Shown: positions 50,358-64,000, counted from the stretch's first letter. The stretch is DNA of 64,000 nucleotides from Octopus sinensis (GCF_006345805.1 NC_043017.1:16058001-16122000); one strand, 5' to 3'. Notes: generated from the sequence alone by a model not told the origin. Made by a program: numbers and translations.

Positions 50358-50796
50358 GGCGGCGAGCTGGCAGAATCGTTAGCACGCCGGGCGAAATGCG
50401 TTGCTATATTTCGTCTGCCGTTACGTTCTGAGTTCAAATTCCGCCGAGGTCGACTTTGCTTGTCATCCTTTCGGGGTCGATTAAATTAAGTATCAGTTAC
50501 GCACTGGGGTCGACATAATCGACTTAATTCCTTTGTCTGTCCTTGTTTGTCCCGTCTATGTTTAGCCCCCTGTAGGCAATAAAGAAATAAGAAACGTTAG
50601 CACGCCAGGCGAAATGCTTAGTGGTAGGTATTTCGTCTGTCTTTACGTTCTGAGTTCAATTTTCGCCGAGGTCGATTTTGCCTTTCATCCTTTCAGAGTC
50701 GATAAATTAAGTAGCAGTTGCGTACTGGGGTCGATCTAATCGACAGGCCTCATCCCCGAAAATTTCGGGCCTTGTGCCTAGAGTAGAAAGGAATAG
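50358..50796 (+). mobile_element. Dimeric tRNA-headed SINE (family C, Meta-domain-like gtcgactttgcctttcatcctttcggggtcga) with 13-bp TSD
   Basis: TSD ttatttctactct at 50345-50357 and 50797-50809; two internal monomers. Other copies at about 12150-12310, 13700-13890, 20620-21110(-). Confidence 0.85.
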
Positions 50797-50809
50797 TTAT
50801 TTCTACTCT

Positions 50810-51021
50810 AGGCACAAGGCCTTGAAATTTTTTTTTTTGGTGGGGGGAATGGGGCTAGTCGATTACATCAACCCCAATGCGTAGCACTTATTTCGTCGAC
50901 CCCGAAAGAATGAAAGGCAAAGTCGACCTCGACGGAATATGAACGCAGAACGTAAAGACAGACGGAATACCGCTAAGCATTTCGCCCGGCGTGCTAACGT
51001 TTCTGCCGGCTCCTCGCCGCC
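50810..51021 (-). mobile_element. SINE family C, antisense monomer whose tail is the insertion target of 50358-50796
   Basis: Reverse complement of the family C head and body. Confidence 0.8.
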
Positions 51022-51268
51022 TTTGACCAATCTCTTAACAATAAATAATCGTTAACTTCCTTATCTCCATTTTCTCTTCTTTTTTCCAAATGGATATAAA
51101 CTATCTGCTTAATATTGTTTTATATGGGAATTTCTAAATACTTGGTATTGAACCAGTATTTCCTTGGATGCAACCATCCATTCACGGGGTTAACATATCC
51201 TCTAATTATATATATATATACACGTACATATATATGCATACACACATACATATATACACATATACATT

Positions 51269-51310
<42 letters not shown>

Positions 51311-51402
51311 AATAAATAAATATATATATATATATAAATATATATATGCACACACATGTACATACGCATATGCATTCCCATACATACTTACATTATATAT
51401 AC

Positions 51403-51433
<31 letters not shown>

Positions 51434-51435
<2 letters not shown>

Positions 51436-51903
51436 ATGGATAAAAACGTCAAGATAGAAAATGATAAAATAATTTTATAAAAAAACATTTCAGTACCGGT
51501 TTCAGTCATTGAGACTTTTTCAACTGTAAGTATGGAAAACAATTAAATTTTGGAAAAATTAAAAGAAAAGTTTTTTTAAAAGAATATTTGCATAGTATTC
51601 AAATACAAGGGGCATTTTCCTTGTTTCTTCTGGCTTCTTCTTCTTCTTCCTTACCAAGAATTCACAGTGACCTGGAACCCACAAGAGTAAACAAGAGAGT
51701 CAGAGACAGGCAGAAACAAGGAAAATACCCCTTGTATTTGAATACTGCACAAATATTCTTTAAAAAACTTTTCTTTTAATTTTTTCAAAATTTAATTGTT
51801 TTCCGTGCTTACAGTTGAAAAAGTCTTAATGACTGAAACCGGTACTGAAATGTTTTTTTATAAAATCATCTTAGCATTTCCTACCTTGACTTTTTCCCAT
51901 ATA
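51434..51903. repeat. Fold-back element: about 190-bp inverted arms (51434-51628 / 51712-51903) with an about 83-bp spacer
   Basis: Arms are reverse complements, roughly 85-90% identical by eye; flanked by (TA)n/(TG)n tracts. Confidence 0.9.
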
Positions 51904-52140
51904 TATCAACTCGTGTGTTCCTTTTCAACCTTCTACACGCACACATACACACACATATATATATATTTACATATATGCTGTGTATGTGCGCGTATCAGTA
52001 CACATATATATATATATATATATATGTTTGTATGTATATATATCTTTATATATAAATATGTACATATATGTGTTCGTATGTATACATATGTATATGCATC
52101 TCTCTCTCTCTCCCTATATATATATATATATATATATAAT

Positions 52141-52186
<46 letters not shown>

Positions 52187-52476
52187 CATCAATACACATA
52201 CACAAAAATATACACACGCACTCACAATGTGTATATATGGATAGATGGATGGTTCTCCGTCGGTTTCGATGATGAAGATTTTATTGATCAACTAAATTTT
52301 GTCCCTTTTTAATTAACTTGACAATGTGGCTGAGTATTCCAGAGAAATACATGTATCTTCAACTTAATACTCAGATAGAATCAACTTAACACAATAAAGC
52401 TGTTGCCTTTGAAATGCGCGAACAATCCGACGGGATTCTCTATAGTTTCCATCATCATAATTCTATTCTCACTGTA

Positions 52477-53791
52477 CGAGGTGATGTCAAAAACAAAAAA
52501 GTTCCCGGAATAGATATGTTTAATGAAAAATAACTTATTTACCTGAGTTTTCACATCATCTCCTTCGAAATAGTCACCTTGCGCAGCACTACACCAGACC
52601 CAGCGTTCCTGCCAATTTTGGATGGTGGTCTGGAAATCGTTTTCCGTAAGCGGGTCGAGGACCTTCTGCGATTTGTTCTGTATCTCAACAACAGTGTTAA
52701 AATGGCGACCTTTGAGCTGGATTTTCATCTTTGGGAAGCGATGGAAGCCTGTGGGTGCTGAATCTGGTGAATAGGGGTGGGTGTGGAAGCGATACCATGT
52801 TGCATTTGGTGAGAAACTCTCGAATGAGGGGATCTCGGTGGGAGGGGGAGCATTGTCCTCGTGGAGAATCCAGTCCTTCGCGTTCCACAGACCTGGTCGC
52901 TTTCGCCGAATGTCCTACTCCCTCAAATGCTTCAACTCTCGAATAACGGTCCTGGCCCTGGGAGGGGATCGAACTCTCGATGCACAAAACTGAAAATGTC
53001 GGAAAGACGATGAGCATGCTTTTGATTGAGCTGCGGCTCTCTCGTACTCTCTTCAGTCATGGAGATGAAGACCTCTTCAATTGCGATGGCTGCTGCTTCG
53101 TCTCAAGGTCGGTCGCATAGACCCAACTCTTGTCCCCTGTGATGACCCTCGAGGTGTAGGACGGGTCATCAGTGTGGTACGCTGACGGAGATCTTGACAG
53201 ACTCAATGCGATGTTCTTTCTGCTCAGTGGTCAGCAGGCAGGGTTCAGACTTGGCAGAGACATGCCGCATGTTTAATTCAGATGTTAGGATTGCCTGCTG
53301 CCCGGACCCATACGACAGACCAACAGCATCAGCAATGTCTTTGATTGACCCCCGACAATCCTTATGTGCAAGCTGATGAATTTTAGCCACATTTCCGGGG
53401 GTGACCCTCGTGGCAGGACAATCACTCATCATCTTCCAGGGATGTTTTCCCGCTTTTGAAGCGCCCGTGCCACTCGAAACGTTGCCTACAAACTATTGCC
53501 TTGTCACCGTAAACTTGCCATAACATGCTCAATGTCTTTATAGCAGACTTTCCAAGTTTAACGCAAAATTTCACGTTGACTCTTCGTTCTTCTCCATAAC
53601 AAAGTCGCACTCTACAGCATACACGTGACCACAAAAGCACAAATTTCACAAGATGCGAAGTAAACACAGCGATGTCACCCGGCGTACTGCCTTATGAAGG
53701 ACACTGCTAGTCCTCACTGTGCATGCAACCGTGTGCCGCCATCTGTTGGCGCGCTACAGAACTTATCCGGGGACTTTTTGATACCACCTTG
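52477..53791 (-). mobile_element. Full-length decayed mariner (DD34D) transposon, about 1315 bp, transposase pseudogene
   Basis: TA TSDs; TIRs cgaggtgatgtcaaaaa..gttcccgga / caaggtggtatcaaaaagtccccgga. Fragments VNVKFCVKLGKSA, FEWH.RFKSG.TSLEDDE, LTSELNMR.VSAK..P.LLT.EQK, KSMLIVF, HPP.., MKIQLKGR.F...EIQ, W.ERW..C.AAQGDYFEGD spread over several frames. Confidence 0.92.
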
Positions 53792-53939
53792 TATAGGTTG
53801 ACCCTGAAGCTATAAAAATGACGTTGCCCACGAAGTCACTTAGTGGAATCGAGCGTGAGGCCTCGCGGTTGTGAAGCGAACTCTTTAACCATTTGACCAA
53901 ACCGTGCTTACACACACACACGTACACACGCGCGCACAT

Positions 53940-54111
53940 ACTCACACTCTTACACCTTATATGTTTCTATGTGAGTATGTGTGTGTGTGTGTAGGTGTGT
54001 GTGTGTGTGTACATACGAACGCACGCACATACGCACATATATAGATGTATATCGTCAAATTAGTGAATAGACTACTGTTGAGAACTGTTATCTATGTAAT
54101 ATGTATGCAAG

Positions 54112-54148
<37 letters not shown>

Positions 54149-54276
54149 TATATATATAATTACACACACACACACACATATATATATATACTCTATATAT
54201 ATACTCTTATACATATATATAACATATATATGTATATACCTTACATACATATACAAATATATGTATATAAATATGT

Positions 54277-54316
<40 letters not shown>

Positions 54317-54519
54317 TGTATATATATGTAATATATATATTATGTATATATATATATATAAGTATATATATATATGTATATACATATATATATATATAAA
54401 TATATAGATATATGTGCTCATATATATATATAACATATATGCATATACATACATATAATATACATACACGAACAAGCCAAGTTCTGTCATAATGCATATT
54501 ATTATTAATGAATGTAATG

Positions 54520-54556
<37 letters not shown>

Positions 54557-54717
54557 CAAGCGTGCAAATGTGTGTATATGTAAGCATTTCTGTATGTACG
54601 TATACTATTAAAGTATATCACAAAACTGTTTATCTGTTTGTGGCTCCCTCAGCATCTACTTATATACACCGCATGCCAGCATGTATGCATGTGTATACGC
54701 GAACACACACACATATG

Positions 54718-54751
<34 letters not shown>

Positions 54752-54831
54752 TGTATGTATGTATGTACATTTATATATATATATGTGTGTGTGTATATAT
54801 ATATATGTATATCTATGTATATATATATGTA

Positions 54832-54874
<43 letters not shown>

Positions 54875-54876
54875 AA

Positions 54877-54930
<54 letters not shown>

Positions 54931-55032
54931 CCTACATAAATATTGTGTGGTTGTACATGCATATATGTGTTTATATATATAAACGTACACATGTAAACAC
55001 ACACACATATTCATACACACACACACACTCTC

Positions 55033-55087
<55 letters not shown>

Positions 55088-55180
55088 CATACATGCATAC
55101 ATACATACATACATACCTGCATACATTCATACATACATGCATGCATACTTACATGCGTATATACACGGTGTGTTTTCGTT
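53940..55180. repeat. Compound (TA)n/(TG)n/(TATG)n/(TACA)n microsatellite field, representative of many
   Basis: Similar fields at about 38620-38880, 44240-44545, 45460-45880, 48120-48510, 51200-51435, 51930-52240, 57750-58230, 60400-60835 (TCTA/CCTA), 61990-62210, 62540-62990. Confidence 0.95.
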
Positions 55181-55919
55181 TCCGTTTGACTAATATTATC
55201 TAAAAAAAAAATGTGAGAATGAGTTCGCTGAAAATAAATCAGATTGCTATCTTATGAATCAACAACACTTTGCTGCTCTCTGTCGCCATCTTATCTGCTT
55301 CACTTTTACTCGTCTGCACTGATAAGCTCGCTTTATCTCTGGCCGAGTTCTTTTTAAACACAATAACTTTTATTAATAACTAATATACTAGCATCCTTTA
55401 CTATTCCCTGCAATTTTTCGTTCATTTTTTTCTTCTCAAACTCTTTTCTTTGTTTTATTTTTTAACGTTCGTATTCTTTTCTTTCTTTTATATTTTCGTA
55501 CTTCATCTAACATTCTCGTTTTTCTCATTCCTTGTCTTCCACTCCCTCTCTCTTTCTCTCTCTCTCTCTCACCCTTTCTCTCTATCTTTCTTATTTTAGT
55601 AATACTGTCAGTATTAGTTTCTATATTAATATATTTTATCTCAGTCTTTCACCTTCTCTTCTGTCTTTTGTTGATTTTTTTAATTTACGTTTTGGAATTT
55701 ATTCAAAATCTTGACGCAATTCATTGATAATTATTTAAAATGTATTTTTAGAGTGTAACGTATCACTCCATGTGTAAGCAAACGAGATATAAAGTTTCTT
55801 TGTGAACAAGTATGTGTGTAAAGACATGTATGTTTACCAGTGCATGTACATTGGCAGGCAGGCGTACATATATGTGTAGAAAATATATACGTATGCTGCG
55901 TGTTCATCGAATACTATAC

Positions 55920-56900
55920 CACACTGTCCGACGATGGGAACGTTGTTGCTTCACTGGTTCAATGACATAAAGAATAATACATCGTATAAATTCGCCTAAT
56001 GAAACGTAGATTTTAACTCGACGATGAAAAGCTTCACGTCTATTAAAAGCTCTGGAGTTCACAAAAAAAAAAATATTCATTTCATCAACAACTAATAGAA
56101 TAATAATGTACTCCAAAACCTCTGTGCCATTCTGTGACAATATAGATTGCAAGTAAAGAAATGAAGAACAGGTTTTCTATGTACGTATGGGATCTACAGC
56201 TGAGTAGAAGAAAACGAATTATCAGAGCTATGCAACCTAGAAAAAACTAAGCAACTATACAATCCTTCGAGGAAAGGACTCTACAGAGATGACGAGCTAA
56301 CAATGTGTTAAAATATAAATGGACATGAATTAAACACATTTAGATAAGAACATTCAAACAAATGCTTTGAAGAAGCACAACGTACATATGTATTCAAAAT
56401 AACTACCCAAACTCACCAAGCCATAGTACATTTCGTAGAAATAATGGTAAACCTAACCACAGTGGAACGAAATTCTTATAGAAAACTTGACGATGTATCT
56501 CTAGATGAACACATATTTCAACCATCCACCTTTGATAATAGAGAACCTAGTCATTAGATTAAGCTAGGGAATCTCTGTAATATTCTCATCACAACCACAG
56601 TCGATCAAGCACGACTAGTCTATAATGAAACCCTAAAAACGAGCGGCTTGAAAGCAAAATTAGAATCCATTCTCCAAATGTATACGAATGAACTGATCAA
56701 AAAATAAATATAATCTCATCCAATCAACGCTTCAGCCGAAATGCTGTGAGAAATATAATTGTAGTCTTCCTACCACTAATTACAAAACACTTTCTAACCA
56801 ATCAGAAATTTTATAAGCTATTCGATAAGAACATCGTAAAAGTTAGCCATAGCTGCATATTAAATCCCAAAACTCGACGTCCAAGCTATAAACAACGAAA
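55920..56900 (+). mobile_element. Penelope-like element reverse transcriptase remnant (second family)
   Basis: Frameshifted motifs HWFNDIKN..YKF, KALEFTKK, FYVRMGSTAE (MGS motif), GLYRDDEL (YRDD), NHPPL, LKTSG, KHF....KFYKLFDKNIVKVS.SC. Confidence 0.8.
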
Positions 56901-57039
56901 TATACATCCTATTTCCGACCACAGATCAAGCTGAGGGGGATGGAACGAGGGCCTTAATAGAGAGTTGCTGCTCACTGTTCGCGATGTGTTGGTGTCGTTA
57001 TTTTCTTCTGCAAGAAAGCTTTTCTTCAGTAACAAACAT

Positions 57040-57700
57040 TTTTCCACTTCTCATCTAACCCAGCATTCAAGTCTCTCAGATATTTTTAAAAACGAAACTC
57101 CATTTTTGGTGAGGCTGTCGAACCACTTGACAACCAGGATCTTTCTCAGTCTGGAATGGTCGAGTGTTATGAGATGCTGTTCTTGGCTGGAGTCGAGGCT
57201 CCCCGTCTCGCTGCCATAGAATAATGTGTGGAGGAACACAAATTCTGTAGACTACAACCTTGGTGTGTGTGTGTGTGTGTGGATCAATTTACTCTTTATT
57301 CCGACTCTTTTTTTCAGCATGGTGAATGCTCAAGCAGATCTCTTCAACGCAGATTCTAGTGAGAAACGGTCCGTGATGGGGGAGCCAAATCAAGTGGATC
57401 CTGGACTACATCCAGCTCGTTGTTGGTGATGGTAACAGTAGAGGGCGCTAGACATATTGGTTCAACACTCTGATCTTCTCCAAACTGACGGTAGTTTAGC
57501 TGAAATTCTATTCAACTCTTGGCAAGCTATTCATCAAGAGAAGCATAGCAGTTGCTACTCAAAATATGGCAAACGCCGCCTCGTCTGCAATCAACGTGGT
57601 CCCACTGAGTACTTCGCACCCGTTAATTTTCTTTTCTCTGTCGCCCGTCCCCTCTTTAAATTGAAAAGCCTTCCGCCATTTTATAGGGAAGCAGACACTG
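57040..57700. mobile_element. Decayed RTE-like LINE scraps (minus-strand C-terminal piece 57051-57239; possible endonuclease piece 57330-57500)
   Basis: LFYGSETGSL..SQE..L..LDHSRLRKIL.VKWFD resembles RTE LLYGSETW...LRRILG..W.D. The endonuclease match is weak. Confidence 0.5.
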
Positions 57701-58172
57701 TCATTTAACGTCTCAAATTTGAGGTTCGCCAGACAACAGCGAGCGCGCGTGTATACATACATAAATACATACATACATACATACATACATACATACATAC
57801 ATACATACATACATACATACATACATACATGAATACATACATACATACATACGCACATACATACATGTATATATAATATAAATATGTAAATATATATATA
57901 TACATATATATATACAATATAAATATATAAATATATATATATACATATATATATAAGTGCATGAGTATATATATATATATTTATATACGCACACATGTAT
58001 TTGTATACGTCAGTAAATACATACGCACATACATACCCATGCGTGCATTATGCATATATATGCACATGTATATATAATATATATATATATATATATAATA
58101 TATGTATCACTATAATATACACACACAGACCACACACTCATACATACATACATACAATACATACATACATAC

Positions 58173-58203
<31 letters not shown>

Positions 58204-58590
58204 CATTTCCCAAAGATGTATATAATATCATAATTTCCCTTCTTTTGATTGTTTTTCTAGTATTGCCCAACTAGGTTAAACATCCTCCAGAAGTGATTTA
58301 AATTATAAACAACGGTTTCAATACCCACGCACGTGTTTCCTGTTGAACACAAATGTTCAACGGAAGTAGAAATTAAAGGGCGGTAAATACCTTTAAATAT
58401 GGGGAGGACTTTGAGTGAAACTGCGAATTGATTGGTCAGTTATTTCATGGAAAATATTTATTATAAACCATTTGGCAAGACAAACTGTCGGCGTGTGCAC
58501 GCGTGTGTGTATGTGTGGGTACACGAACACAGACGCACACACACATATAATTTAAAGGTAGATACACACGCATACACACACACACACACA

Positions 58591-58632
<42 letters not shown>

Positions 58633-58799
58633 GCACGTATATACACATTCACACACATAGAACAGGTTTATTTACGTTAGCAGAAATAAATAAATACTTC
58701 ATTTAACCGAATTAAGATGTATTCAGATTCTAGTATTGAGTACTTTTTCTTACTTTCGTTCCCATTATCACACACATACACGATAATGTTTCAACCAGC

Positions 58800-58960
58800 A
58801 TTAACAGGCAAAGGAGAAAAGTAGCAGTAAATGCATCGCCTGCACTCACCCGTACTCGTCATACTTGCAGCATCTGCAGGTTTCTTTGCAAAGCGTTGGC
58901 GCGACTCAAATCTCACATTCGACATCAGCATTAAGAAAGTGTAGGTTGTCGGATGCTTAT
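58800..58960 (+). mobile_element. RTE-like LINE terminal zinc-knuckle remnant
   Basis: HTCSICRFLCKALARLKSHIRH fits the C-x2-C...L.SH.R terminal motif of RTE-type ORFs. Confidence 0.45.
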
Positions 58961-58992
58961 GCGTTGAAACCGACGTGAAAGTCTACCATACA

Positions 58993-59035
<43 letters not shown>

Positions 59036-59774
59036 ACACACACACACAGAGGGTTGGTCAAAAGTAAGTCAAAATTCCATAAATACTGTCTGTAATTATG
59101 TATTGACTGGAATGGCAAAATGTGTCGCTCAAGAAGGACTTCAGTTCGAACAATTTTCATGATGTTTCATATTCAGATGTTTTTATTAAACTCATTCACT
59201 TCTTAAACAAATAAATCTTGGAATTAAATGGTTTTGATTTACTGTCAGCTGACTTTTGCCCAATCCTCTCTCTCTCTCTCTCTCTCTGTATATATATATA
59301 TATATAAATGGAACAAAAACGCAATAGAGGGCGTTAAAACGTTCGGACGGAAAGATGACACAAGGCGGACAAGAGAAGCAACAATTAGAAGGACAGGCAA
59401 AACAAAAGACGGGTCATTCTTGGCTTTCTTTCTTCAGTCAAGTACCAGAAGTCACGACCATTTCGGACAGTTACACTTGAGATGGTTCGATCTGGTTTCC
59501 CCGCAAAAAGTCAAAGCTAAGAGCATTAGACCCCTTTGTAAGAAAGCTAGCGAATGTGTACGGCAACAAAGACAAAAAACAACAAAAAAAGTAAACAGAG
59601 AACATGGTACAGAATTATGAAATACAAACAACAAGAAATAACAACGGGCGTCTTTCAACTGAGAACGATTCAAATTGAGCTGGCGTATACACACACATAC
59701 TCACACACAAACACACACATATACACGCACATACATATATACATACATGTGTGTGTGTGTGTATATAAATACAA

Positions 59775-59813
<39 letters not shown>

Positions 59814-60476
59814 TGCATACATGTATATGTGTGTGTATAAATATATATACATATACATACATACATGTGTGTGTATAAATATACATACAGACATACGTAC
59901 ATACATGCATTTATATACAATGACAAAGCTATTTCCCTTGGCGCATGGTCACGTGAACGCATCGGAATGGAATGACAATTCTTGAATAGAAAGAATGTCG
60001 AAGTTATTGCTGGTTAGTTTCGTGTCAAAGTCTTTCAACATAAATATACGGGTGAGGTTTGGGTGTGGCTTCGTGGTTAGGGTAATCGGCTCATGGTCGC
60101 AAGCTGGTAACTTCGATTCGCAACAGAGCCTTGTGACCTTGAGCAAAACTATTTATTTCACATGGCCCCAGTCAACGCATCGCGTGTGAGTTGTGACTGC
60201 AATTCAAAAAGGGCCAGCTTTGTCGCATTCTGTATCACACTGAATCTTCCCGAGAACCAGGTTAAGGGTTATGCGTATCTGTGGGGTGCTCGGCCACCTG
60301 CACGTTAATTTCATGAGCAGCGCTGTTCCGTTGATCGAATCAACCGGAACACTCATCGTCATAACTGACGGAGGACCAGTTGTAGACGCACACTTATCTC
60401 TCTCTCTCTTTCTTTCTATCTATCTATTTGTTTCTCTCTCTATTTCTCTCTCTCTCTCTATCTATCTATCTATCCA

Positions 60477-60540
<64 letters not shown>

Positions 60541-60569
60541 ACTCTATCTATCCATCTATCCATCTATCC

Positions 60570-60640
<71 letters not shown>

Positions 60641-60703
60641 CACCCACCCACCCACCTACCTACCTACCTACCTACCTACCTACCTACCTACCTACCTACC
60701 TAC

Positions 60704-60744
<41 letters not shown>

Positions 60745-60784
60745 CACCCACCCACCCACCTACCTACCTACCTACCTACCTATC

Positions 60785-60828
<44 letters not shown>

Positions 60829-62036
60829 CTTACTTATCTGCATTAAACAAACTTCTTAAGACGAATATAAATGGAATCGTTTTCTTCACAATTTTCGTAT
60901 ATTTCAAAATATTTTAAAACTCCAGGTATTTCAAGGAAATCAAGCTCGGATTACCAGCTGAATGATTAGAATCGTGTGACTCGGAGTCCTGGAGTTATTA
61001 CTTTTTCAATTATAAGGTATTAAAGTATGCTCTACAATTAGGTATTGAGTGATTTAATTTATCGCTTCTTAATGAATCAACAGAGATTTGTGTATATATG
61101 TAAACACGCACACATATTCTAGAGATAAATCTATTTGTATAGTAAATTTGACTGTATTTAAAAGTTTTGCATCCTTTCATCAGGCCTGACCTTCCAGTAA
61201 TCCGCAAAAAGAAAACCCAAACAAACAAGAAACAAGTGAGAAGTCATAAACGTTCTTCATCAGCTGCCAACTATATATCATTGTGGTTTCAATACATTTA
61301 GACAGGATCAATCCACGGCATCAGTTATGTTGACACTTCCAAACAGGACCATAAAATAAAGCGAATGAAGCAGCCAAGGATTAAAAGAAAGGTCGGAGAA
61401 AAACAGGAAGTGAGATGAAACATTGGTTTCAAATGAATAAATAAACTCTATTGTATGTTTTTCGTGATCTCTCCTTCAATTTTTACTCACAAGTGTGGAT
61501 GTATTTATACATATAAATGTGCAGATACGCACACAAACACACAACACACACAAACATACAAACATACATATATGTATCATAGTATCGACCAGAATATCGG
61601 TTATTGTTATACATCGCTGGTCACAATGCGCTTTGCATTGTCTTAGCTTTCGAATGATGCCACCCCACTTTCGAGACAAAGCGAAATAATTTGTCGGGGG
61701 ACCACGAGTCTTACATAAACCTATAAATCGTGGCATGTAAATATAAATTAAAAAACTTCTTTGGATACAAAATGTCAAGCGTTGCCCATGTGATTCGAAA
61801 CCACATCTCCTGCAGAGATGACAGTTGTTCTGTCATTGGACCAAAACAGTCCTTCGAATTCCTCGATGCATTTTAGAAACGTTACTCTTACCAGCGAGAA
61901 TTGTCTGTTGCTGACGTCATGAGGTTTTCATAAACTTTCGAGAGAGCGTTAATTAAATCGGTTTTGGAATTTCGGGCGTCACACAGTCTTTAGACACACA
62001 GATTTGATATATATATATATATGTCTTATGTCAGTG

Positions 62037-62068
<32 letters not shown>

Positions 62069-62100
62069 TGTATGTATGTATGTATGTATGTATGTATGTA

Positions 62101-62139
<39 letters not shown>

Positions 62140-62233
62140 GCGTGTATGTGTGAACATCTCTGGATATCATCTGTGTGTATACACACACACATACACACAC
62201 ACATATAGGTACAGGACGTCACAAACTGTAAAC

Positions 62234-62518
62234 AACATGAAATACGAAAACAAATGAGATGAACGAAGGAAACAAATGGAAAACAGGACAAGGAACATAA
62301 AGAACGACCCTTCATCAGTTGTCGGCTGTCCATCTACTCCTCATTTCGAGCATTGAACGACAATACAAGTCTTCGAAGGCAGTTGCTAACACAAAAGCCA
62401 CAAGAAATGGACAGCCGACAACTGATGAAGGGTCGCTCTTTATGTTACTTGTCCTGTTTTTCCATTTGTTTCTCTCGTTGTTTGCGTATTCATCTCATTT
62501 GTTTTCGTATTTCATATT
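62234..62518. repeat. Fold-back element: inverted arms 62234-62333 / 62407-62518
   Basis: tgaaatacgaaaacaaatgagatgaa...cttcatcagttgtcggctgtccat is mirrored by atggacagccgacaactgatgaag...ttcatctcatttgttttcgtatttca. One indel of about 14 bp. Confidence 0.9.
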
Positions 62519-62543
62519 TTACTGCTGGTGACGTCCTGTATCC

Positions 62544-62619
<76 letters not shown>

Positions 62620-64000
62620 ATAATATATATATCTATATGTATATATTTATATTATAATGTATATATATATATATTTATACCCACACATATACATATATAT
62701 ACATATATATATATATAATATATATATATATAATATATAATATATATATTATATATATACATACACACCATACACACACCACATATACATGTATAAACAC
62801 ACACACATATACATGTATTACACAACGCTCATACATATATATATACGATATAATCTTGTTATTCAATCCTCGTTTGAACTTTGATCTTCCCAGCCCCATT
62901 ACGAGCCGAGGGTATTACACACGCATAGAAACGCACACACACACACGTATATATATATATATATATTATATATATATATATACACACACACCTCTGCACA
63001 TCCACACACCACATTCAGATAAAAGCCGAACATTACAATTTAGACAAAATGTTACAGAAACAATCTCTCACACAACAACAACAACAACAACAACAACAAG
63101 ACATGCACAAACGGAATCCTCTTCTTCTTCTTCTTCCTCCTCCTCATCAGCATCGCCATTAAAAGATTAGTAGAGAGAGAGAGAGAGAATGGTGAGGGTG
63201 TTGGAGGAGGAGGAGGAGGTGGAGGTCTGGTCAGGGCCCAGTGTCTGCCACTCCACAGAACTGACGAAACAACAGCATTTCTGTATTATCGGAAAGTCAG
63301 GGATGGTGGCTGCGGTGGTGGTAGTGGTGGTGGTGGGGGCGCGGCTGGTGGAATGGCGAATATTGCGTAATTGTTGTTGTTGTTATTTCTGCCAAGGACA
63401 GTTGTAATCCAGCCATGACCATCTCGCATTTCTACTATATGTAGGACTCCAAGGATCGCATTCAACGTGTGATTTGAGGGAGATTTGCTGCTATTTCTTG
63501 CATGAGGTGGGACACCCTCTGTGGTGGTGGTGGGGTTGGGGGAGGGTATGGGGATGGTCTAGTATAGAACAACTGCCAGCAGCGGAAGAGAGGGTGGTGG
63601 TGTTGATGGTGGTGGTGGGCCGCACCCAGGCTCGAAATAAAATCTGGCAGATAACAGGGATGGGTGGCCACATCGCCAGCTAATACGCTCTTAGATAACG
63701 TGGAATGGTACCTCCCCCCCCTCGTACTCGTCCTCCTCCCCGCCCTCCTCCTTTTCCTCCCCTCCTCATCCTTCTCGTCATCATAATCACTATCTTTATC
63801 ATCCTCATCATCTTCGTCATCGTCGCCGTCGTCGTAATCATCACCACCACCACCACCACCACCGTCGTCGTCGTCGTCATCATCAACATTATTTTTCATC
63901 GTCATCGTCATCAACATGGCCGTCGTTGTCATCGTCATCATTATCACTGCCACCGTCGTCATCAGCATCATTATCACCATCATCGTCGTCGTCGTCTCCC

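Noticed and set aside
62990-64000. Low-complexity ORFs (polyQ/polyG/polyH/polyD; e.g. 63462-63983 minus, 63189-63407 plus, IKAEHYNLDKMLQKQSLTQQQ)
   Set aside because: They are built from trinucleotide repeats and end in a known dispersed repeat. I found no recognisable domain or consistent exon boundaries. A real low-complexity exon of a gene beyond the right edge cannot be excluded without RNA-seq.

Overview
Eukaryotic, repeat-rich 64-kb window. The SINE/LINE families and (TA)n/(CA)n microsatellite load look like an octopus (coleoid cephalopod) genome; this is inferred from recall, not tested. Three spliced protein-coding genes can be reconstructed by hand. (1) PRPF38B on the minus strand: four coding exons at 3840->891, continuing off the left edge, with a GC-AG intron. 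(2) A two-exon glutaredoxin-fold gene on the plus strand (27414-30285, 145 aa) whose CPYC-type site reads VPAC. (3) An ankyrin-repeat/SOCS-box (ASB-type) gene on the minus strand (33221-48675, about 350 aa), whose first exon probably contributes only the ATG. The rest is mostly transposon debris: tRNA-headed SINEs, RTE, CR1/Jockey-like and Tx1-like LINE fragments, two Penelope-like remnants, a full-length decayed mariner, a deleted Tc1/maT-like element, and hAT- and piggyBac-type MITEs with recognisable target-site duplications (TSDs). Nearly all ORFs in the supplied track are microsatellite or repeat artefacts. The most interesting observations are Penelope-type minimal hammerhead-ribozyme motifs (one near-intact copy in sense orientation upstream of PRPF38B), a glutaredoxin lacking its catalytic cysteine, a 188-bp 97%-identical inverted duplication in the putative ASB intron 1, several fold-back elements, and an apparent twin-priming inversion in a Tx1-like LINE. 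I found no clear evidence of a wholly new multi-gene system.
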